Shown piece after piece: positions 56,877 to 64,000 of a DNA stretch of 64,000 bases. How positions within the stretch are numbered: position 1 is the stretch's first letter; every line of letters starts with the position of its first letter. The notes under the pieces are model-generated. The model saw nothing but the letters and a program-made list of their open reading frames with translations. It searched no databases and had not been told where the DNA came from. A program made the translations under genes and the position numbers. Source of the stretch: Hormiphora californensis (Eukaryota; Animalia; Ctenophora); the NCBI GenBank assembly GCA_020137815.1, contig CM035360.1, positions 2,852,001 to 2,916,000 of the forward strand, read 5' to 3'.

Positions 56877-59800
56877 ATGACATCTATAATAAAGTTCACT
56901 CCGCTTCTGGGGGCTCTAGATACATCAACCGCCGTCTGCTATCTTCTCAAGGTGTGTTTTGTAAGCTAGGAGGTAATCCCTCTCAATGAAAGTGGGGTTT
57001 TGCCACATTACGATTATCCCCTATCTTCCCCCCTATCTTCCCCCCATAACAGTTGGATCAGTACTGGTACCAGTTATAGTTAGGGGGAGCCAGCTGGCTT
57101 CCCCTAACCCACCCGCCTCTCTACTTCCCACCCCCTGCCCCAACCTTCCCAGTTCCCTCCCAATTCCCATCTAGGTGGACCAGTACACGATACTTCTTGA
57201 TTGTGGTCTGGATATTAGCCAACTCTCAGAGTTTACAGCCCGGATAATGCAACATAATATAACCGCCGTCCTCGTATCATATCCTGATATTGATCATATC
57301 GGGGCACTACCCTATCTCTACGGTCAGTCCACAGAACTTTGAAATTACACGCATTCCACACTGTACACAATTGTTTGTGTCTATTATATCACCGGTCTCT
57401 GTCAGATTCCAGACCTCTGAAAATCTTCAAATCACTGACTGTTTTATATTTCCAACCGTTTACCGTGAGAGGATACTAATTACCGAAAGTTTGATTTAAT
57501 ATTTCTCTTGATAGGTGTAAGCGCTGTCTACAGCCCTCCGCTAACTGGCTCTATTGTACAGGGAAATTTATCTTTTATATCTATATTATGTGTGTCTATA
57601 TCTACGCGTGTTTGTGTCCCTGTATTGTAGACCTTTTAGTTTGAAAATCAAATCAAGTGCTTGATGGGCGACAGCAGAGTTCTAAAACTAGAAAAACCCC
57701 TACAGGTTCCCTGGGGCTGGACTGCCCTATTTATGGGACTGTACCTGTCTACAACATGGGTCAGATGTTCCTGTATGATTTCCATCAGTCCAAAAATAGT
57801 AGCGAGGATTTCAATATCTTTACTTTGGATCACGTTGATAAGGTTAGTGAGATTGTTACCTTAACTAGAGTGAGAGTAGTGAGATTGTTACCTTAACTAA
57901 AAAGTGAGATTAGTGAGATTGTTACTTTAACTAGAGTGAGATTAGTGAGATTGTTACTTTAACTAGAGTGAGAGTAAGGTCTCGTCCTAAGCTAATGTCT
58001 ACCTTCATTTTAGGTGTTCGACAACTTCAACCAGTTAAAATACAGCCAAACAGTACCAGTATGCGCAGGTAGGAACGGTGGAAAAAAGGTTTTATCCCTA
58101 ATATCTGTGTTTTGCCGTTCCTTGTACCCCATGAAATCTCCCCTCCTCCCCAGCTTTCTCTATCACCCCACTATCCCCCTCCCCCTCCGCAGGTATCTCT
58201 ATTACCCCACTATTCCTACCCCCAGGTATCTCTCTTACCCCACTACCCCCCTCCCCCAGGTATCTCTATTACCCCGAACATCCGCACAATACCTTCCCGA
58301 CTCTTACCTACCCCCCCCCATCTCCCCAGGTATCTCTATTACCCCGTACCCCCACTCCACACTCCCCCCCTTCCCCAGGTATCTCTATCACCCCCCACTC
58401 CCCCTCAGGTATCTCTATTACCCCGTACCACGCTGACCACATGATAAGAGGGACCATGTGTCACCCCCCCCACATGACACCATCCCTCCGCAGGTATCTC
58501 TATCACCCCCCACTTCCCCTCAGGTATCTCTATTACCCCGTACCCCGCTGGCCACATGATAGAGGGACCATGTGTCACCCCCCCCCCCACATGACACCAT
58601 CCCTCCGCAGGTATATCTATCACCCCCCACTTTCCCTCAGGTATCTCTATTACCCCGTACCCCGCTGGCCACATGATAGGAGGGACCATGTGTCACCCCC
58701 CCCCCACATGACACCATCCCTCCGCAGGTATATCTATCACCCCCACTTCCCTCCAGGTATCTCATACCCCGTACCCGCTGGCCTCAGGTATCTCTATTAC
58801 CCCGTACCCCGCTGGCCACATGATAGGAGGGACCATGTGGAAGATTCTGAAAGACAATGAGGAGGAGATTGTGTATGCTGTGGATTTTAACCACAAAAAG
58901 GAGAGACATCTGAACGGTAAGTGCTTGAGTCATGGAAGTCGAAGAAAGAAGTGATCCCTCTCTTGTACTCTTGTGCTACTTTAAACGTTGATATTTGATT
59001 ATCAATAATGTGGTATAAATTACAGGTGCTGTGTTCACCAGTATCCTGAATCCGCCCCCCCCCCTATATTTTGTTCTATAGTTCAGTGCCGTATAAATTG
59101 CAGGTGCTGTGTTCACCAGTATCCTGAAGCCTAGTTTACTGATAACTGATGCCTACAATGCCACATTTGAATACAAAAAGAGGAGGAAACGAGATCAGGA
59201 ACTCAGTAAGGAGTTTATCTGTTGTGAAAGCTGAGACTTGTTGCTGTTTACAGCCAAATCTGGCCCCAGTTCCATTTCCTAGTCCCTATTGTTGAGATTT
59301 AGAATTTAGAAGTTTACCCCACCAATTATTGGACTCAATTCTATTTTATAATTTCAGTTTCAACTATTCTGGAGACAGTCCGGCGAAATGGGAACGTCAT
59401 CATAGTAGTTGACACTGCAGGTATGATAATAACTGCTCTCCATTACAACTTTTTATAATAACTGCTCTCCATTACAACTTTTTATAATAACTGCTCTCCA
59501 TTAGTCATTACAATACTACTCTCCATTACAACTTTTTATAATTACTGACCTCCATTAGTCATTACAATACTACTCTCCATTACAACTTTTTATAATAACT
59601 GCTCTCCATTAGTCATTACAATCCCGATTTAGGGACCCCCGATTTAGGGACACCCCGATTTAGGGACAGGATTTTTTTCCCCCAAAAATTTTTGAATTTT
59701 TTTGGGAAATTTTTTGTGAAATTTTTCAAAAAGATTCCAGCCATGTCCGAATCGTGTTTCGAATCGGTGCATCTTATCGCATGTCCTTCTGCTAATTAGA

Positions 59801-62008
59801 CGGTTCGGAACGAACCGATACGTGATCCCCATGGCGCCCATCGAATCACAAGTTCACCAAGGTCTAAGTGTCAAAATTTCGATTCGATGGGGATCACGTT
59901 TCGATTCGTTCCGTCTAATTAGCAGCAGGACATGCGATAAGATGCACCGATTCGAAACACGATTCGGACGTGGTTGGTATACCTTTAAAAAATTTTATAA
60001 CTTTTTTGCAAAATTTTACAGTACGATTGTCAATGCTTTGATCGGTGCTCCCCATAAATTTTGAGAGAAAAAGTTATTTTGAAATTTTTATACTTCCTCA
60101 CCCGCTTAGGGTGCCCCGATTCGGTATGGTATCACGTATCGGTTCGTTTTGAACCCGCTTATTAGACAGGATATCCAGTAAGTTGCACCGATTCGAAATA
60201 CAAACCGGACGGGCTGGTATAACTTAGAAAATTTTCCACATTTTTTTGAAAAAGAATTGTTTTATATTTTTCTTTTTCTAATCAGAAATAATCATGTCAT
60301 CAATACATGAATATTGCATATAACAGTTAGAGGTGTCTTTAGTCTTAATAATATAGCATTTTGGGCAATAAAATAGGTGTTTTGGGTCAAATATGGCTCA
60401 CCCCGATTTAGTGGACACCCCGATTTAGTGGACAAGACCCTTTCCCCCGAGGGTGTCCCTAAATCGGGGTCCGACTGTACTCTCCATTACAACTTTTTAT
60501 AATAACTGCTCTCCATAATGATTAGTCATTACAATACTACTCTCCATTACAACTGTTTATAATTACTGACCTCCATTAGTTATTACATAATCAAATTACT
60601 AGCTGGACGTAGATACCTCTCTAAACTAAACTCTCTAAACCTCTGTAAACCAGATCTCCCCCCCACCCCCGCCCCCCCCCCCCCTACAGGCAGGGTATTG
60701 GTTACATGTAGATCTCTATAAAACATCTCCCCCCCCCCCATCACAGGCAGGGTATTAGAGCTGATGCAGTTGTTAGAGCAGTTGTGGAGGAATGCTGATT
60801 CCGGGCTCAGTGCGTACAGTTTGGCCCTCCTAAACCACATGGGATACAACGTGGTGGACTCCGCCAAGAACATGCTCGAGTGGATGAGTGATACTGTTAC
60901 CAAACAGTTCGAGGTTGGAATATGTTGAATTTAGGTCATGTTTTTTACTCTAGAGTTAGGTACCGTTACCAAACAGTTCGAGGTATTGAATTTAGTTAGG
61001 TATTGTTACCAAACAGTTCGAGGTATTGAATTTAGTTAGGTACCGTTACCAAACAGTTCGAGGTATTGAATTTAGTTAGGTATTGTTACCAAACAGTTCG
61101 AGGTATTGAATTTAGTTAGGTATTGTTACCAAACAGTTCGAGGTATTGAATTTAGTTAGGTACCGTTACAAAACAGTTCGAGGTATTGAATTTAGTTAGG
61201 TACCGTTACAAAACAGTTCGAGGTATTGAATTTAGTTAGGTACCGTTACAAAACAGTTCGAGGTATTGAATTTAGTTAGGTACTGTTACAAAACAGTTCG
61301 AGGTATTGAATTTAGTTAGGTACCGTTACCAAACAGTTCGAGGTATTGAATTTAGTTAGGTACCGTTACCAAACAGTTCGAGGTATTGAATTTAGTTAGG
61401 TACCGTTACCAAACAGTTCGAGGTATTGAATTTAGTTAGGTACCGTTACCAAACAGTTCGAGGTATTGAATTTAGTTAGGTACCGTTACAAAACAATTCG
61501 AGGTATTGGATTTAGTTAGGTACCGTTACAAAACAGTTCGAGGTATTGGATTTAGTTAGGTACCGTTACAAAACAGTTCGAGGTATTGGATTTAGTTAGG
61601 TACCGTTACCAAACAGTTCGAGGTATTGGATTTAGTTATAGGTACCGTTACCAAACAGTTCGAGGTATTGAATTTAGTTATAGGTACCGTTACCAAACAG
61701 TTCGAGGTTGGAATATTGAATTTAGTTCATGTTTTTACTCTAGTGAGTAATCCCCAGTTAGATACCGTTACCAAACAGTTCGAGGTTGGGGTCTTTATAG
61801 TTTATGTATCTAAGGTTGAATAGTTTTTTCTCCCCCTCCCTCTCTCTGAACCCCACCTCCACCTCTCTCTCTCCTTACAGGAGCAAAGAAGTTATCCGTT
61901 CCATTTTAAACACCTCCACCTGTGCCACAGTCTTCACGAGTTGGAGAAACTCCCTCTTCCCTACGTTCTTCTCACCAGCCAGGCTGATCTGAGCAGTGGG
62001 TTCGCCAG
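56877..62008 (+). CDS. CPSF2: Cleavage and polyadenylation specificity factor subunit 2 (CPSF100), 5' half; presumably continues beyond the window
   Basis: Exons: 56877-56951 [18 protein letters not shown]; 57175-57322 [18 protein letters not shown]; 57706-57842 [22 protein letters not shown]; 58014-58068; 58788-58916 [31 protein letters not shown]; 59104-59206 [12 protein letters not shown]; 59358-59420 VDTAG; 60747-60913 [18 protein letters not shown]; 61881-62008 [15 protein letters not shown]. Confidence 0.96.
58130..58840 (+). repeat. Array of ~13 partial copies of a CPSF2 3' splice site plus exon start
   Basis: Repeated C-rich tract + caggtat(c/a)tctat; several copies extend to gctggccacatgatag(g)agggaccatgtg. 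Confidence 0.9.
59623..60477 (-). mobile_element. Tc1/mariner-pogo-type non-autonomous element, reverse orientation, one end truncated
   Basis: Reverse complement of the 18637 element without the nested insert; ends ccgactg|ta. Confidence 0.9.
60891..61790 (+). repeat. 40-bp tandem repeat built from a CPSF2 exon end plus donor (~20 copies including degenerate ends)
   Basis: Unit taccgttaccaaacagttcgag|gtattgaatttagttagg; its first 22 nt match the exon end tactgttaccaaacagttcgag. Confidence 0.92.
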
Positions 62009-62016
62009 GTAAGTTG

Positions 62017-62124
62017 CAGGAACCGACCGATCAGGATATACTGGTCCCTGATTGGCTGATAACCAGTCACGTGACCTAAATAACGAGTTCTGATTGGTTG
62101 TTTACTTGTGTCGGTCGGTTCCTG
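62017..62124 (-). mobile_element. ~110 bp hAT-like MITE copy
   Basis: caggaaccgaccga...tcggtcggttcctg, 8 nt downstream of a CPSF2 donor. Confidence 0.9.
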
Positions 62125-62834
62125 CTATTCTGTTACTTTCCTTGTGATGTCATGATATTTTCATATTGTGCTAAACTTACATTCGTTTCGATTTGAAGAG
62201 CTCGGGAAAAGATGAAAAGGAGTTTGAGGAAGAGTTCGATCGAGAGATAGAGGGAGAGAGTGAAAGAAAGGATGAGAGGGAATGAGAGAAGTCGAGAGGA
62301 AGAACGCAGGAAAGAGAGAACGAGTGAGAAATGGAGTGAGTGGCTCGATAATTCATGGTTTATTAATTCTCACAGTGACGTATCACACTAAGTTATAATG
62401 GTATTCGTTGCTGATCATTATGTGGCTCACACCTTGCTCCGTGAGGGTTCAGTAGTTCATTGTCATTGACATCAGATTATCATTTGTGCTGTTGCACAAT
62501 ACAGATTATCATTACTGGATATAGTATCACACACACACCCCAACACTATAAAGCACGTGTCCAGTTCTTTATCCGTGTTGTCATGGTAACACAGCCACGT
62601 GTCGGCCATTATACAACAACACCACTAGTATTATATCCAACACACCTGCTCTTTCTTTAGTAGTTTTCTGAATATTCTTCCTGTTAATTCGTAAACTTTC
62701 TTAGTTTTCTAAAGTCACTCTAAGTCAGACCCTACTAAACTTCTGTCTTTGTTTTATCTCTCAAGCTATGAGGTATATTTCATGTAATGGCACTACTGAA
62801 AACTTGGAGGAGTACCTGGGAAACGTGACTGAAC

Positions 62835-63779
62835 TTGAAAACAACAGGAAGATCAATGCTTTACGTCACTCTACCTCCGGCGCTCCTTGGGATATCTCTC
62901 AACATTCTCTGTCTGGTGTTCTTCCTCAGCAAAGATAGGAAAGGACTTGGAAATCAGATTCTGATCGGACTGGCTATTTCAGATGTTATGGTGTGCATAT
63001 GTTCTCCTGTTTTTCTATCATTCCCATTCCAAAATAGTAGCTCATGGGCACCAGTTGCACAGGCGTTTGCAGCGGTTAGCTTCGGTTTAACTCAAATATT
63101 CATGCTTACACTCTGGTACCTGAGAGTTGTATCAATCTACAAACCTCTAAAGCTGATAAAACCTAAGAACATTTACATTGGCATTGCAGCCTTAATCTCC
63201 CTTAGCTGTGTCTCAGCAGTTAGTATGAGTGTTGGAAGTGAAACATACTTCGGTTTCTCCGGCTACTTTGGAGAAGGAAAATACATTTCCTTACTGGTTG
63301 TGGAGCTTCTCACATGGGCAAGTTTTGCTTCTCTGCTCACCCTTCTTGTGTGTTACCTCATTCTATTCTTCATGACTTGGAGGGCTTTAAGAATTCTGAA
63401 GAATCAGGTATCCATGGCAACCGAGGAAAACTTGGGTGTAAAGAAACGAGCCCTAAATACGCTTCAAATTCTCATTGAGGTACAGCTGTATACAGTTGCC
63501 TTCCAGACCGCTGCTGAGGTTTATATTTTAGTTCTTCTATACCGGTTAATCAAAGCTAACGAAGGTGTTGCCTGTATTGGGCCAGAGGATGATTTGTACG
63601 AAGCATGGTCCTGGGTCCTATCATTCTATGTTCAGTGTGTGGTCTCTTCCCTTGCAAACCCTGTTATTCACATTGCGAGGACGCGGAATCTGAATGCCTG
63701 GGTTAGGAACATGTTTAGACCTGCCCAACGGAGTGTTTCATCTGCTACTGTTGAAACTACACAAACAACAAAACTATAG
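62835..63779 (+). CDS. Rhodopsin-like 7TM orphan GPCR with an uninterrupted TM region
   Basis: Seven hydrophobic segments; TM1 GISLNILCL, TM2 LAISDVMVC, TM3 YLRVVSIYKPL, TM7 LANPVIH. An N-terminal segment with NGT/NVT sequons lies in another frame at 62767-62840, suggesting a 1-nt error in gaaaacaac. Confidence 0.88.
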   Translation: MKTTGRSMLYVTLPPALLGISLNILCLVFFLSKDRKGLGNQILIGLAISDVMVCICSPVFLSFPFQNSSSWAPVAQAFAAVSFGLTQIFMLTLWYLRVVSIYKPLKLIKPKNIYIGIAALISLSCVSAVSMSVGSETYFGFSGYFGEGKYISLLVVELLTWASFASLLTLLVCYLILFFMTWRALRILKNQVSMATEENLGVKKRALNTLQILIEVQLYTVAFQTAAEVYILVLLYRLIKANEGVACIGPEDDLYEAWSWVLSFYVQCVVSSLANPVIHIARTRNLNAWVRNMFRPAQRSVSSATVETTQTTKL

Positions 63780-64000
63780 ATTTATTTAACTCTGTTACCT
63801 GATTAAGCTGATTAACTGAAACTTCATGTTCACGGCGCTGGTTGAAATAGTTAAAATGTTATCATTAAATTTCTGCAATTTAAGTTTGTTTTGTGTGTTT
63901 TTCAAATAAACATTTTGTCACATTATTCATTCTTCATTGTTTGTCTCATGCAGGGAGTATGAATGAGGGGTAATTTCATCCATATACCTCATTGAGTGGT

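Noticed and set aside
60956-61710. Regular 40-bp repeat resembling a CRISPR array
   Set aside because: No unique spacers and no cas genes; the unit derives from the adjacent CPSF2 exon end

Overview
Eukaryotic (animal) genomic DNA with spliceosomal introns, long (GA)n/(CA)n microsatellites and many non-autonomous DNA transposons. Gene style and the repeat families suggest a ctenophore (Pleurobrachia-like); this is my inference and is unverified. Left to right: the 3' exons of prolyl oligopeptidase (PREP, +); an unidentified spliced fragment (-); a ~17-exon RIM/UNC-10-like presynaptic Rab effector (-; Rab-binding helix, zinc finger, two C2 domains, no visible PDZ); a multi-exon rhodopsin-type GPCR (+); a ~20 kb head-to-tail array of intronless SPOP-like MATH-BTB-helical-NLS genes (32.4-52.7 kb); POLR3D/RPC4 (+); the 5' half of CPSF2 (+); and a 7TM GPCR ORF that appears to sit inside a CPSF2 intron. 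The array shows hypervariable substrate-groove residues, a recent 4.1 kb tandem duplication and transposon-driven gene death. The two most notable signals are (1) the fast-evolving nuclear MATH-BTB adaptor array, a candidate ubiquitin-based recognition/defence repertoire, and (2) tandem duplications anchored on exon-intron junctions in every identified multi-exon gene. Exon coordinates were derived by eye and may be off by a few bases. Several +1 frameshifts in short homopolymers are probably sequencing errors.
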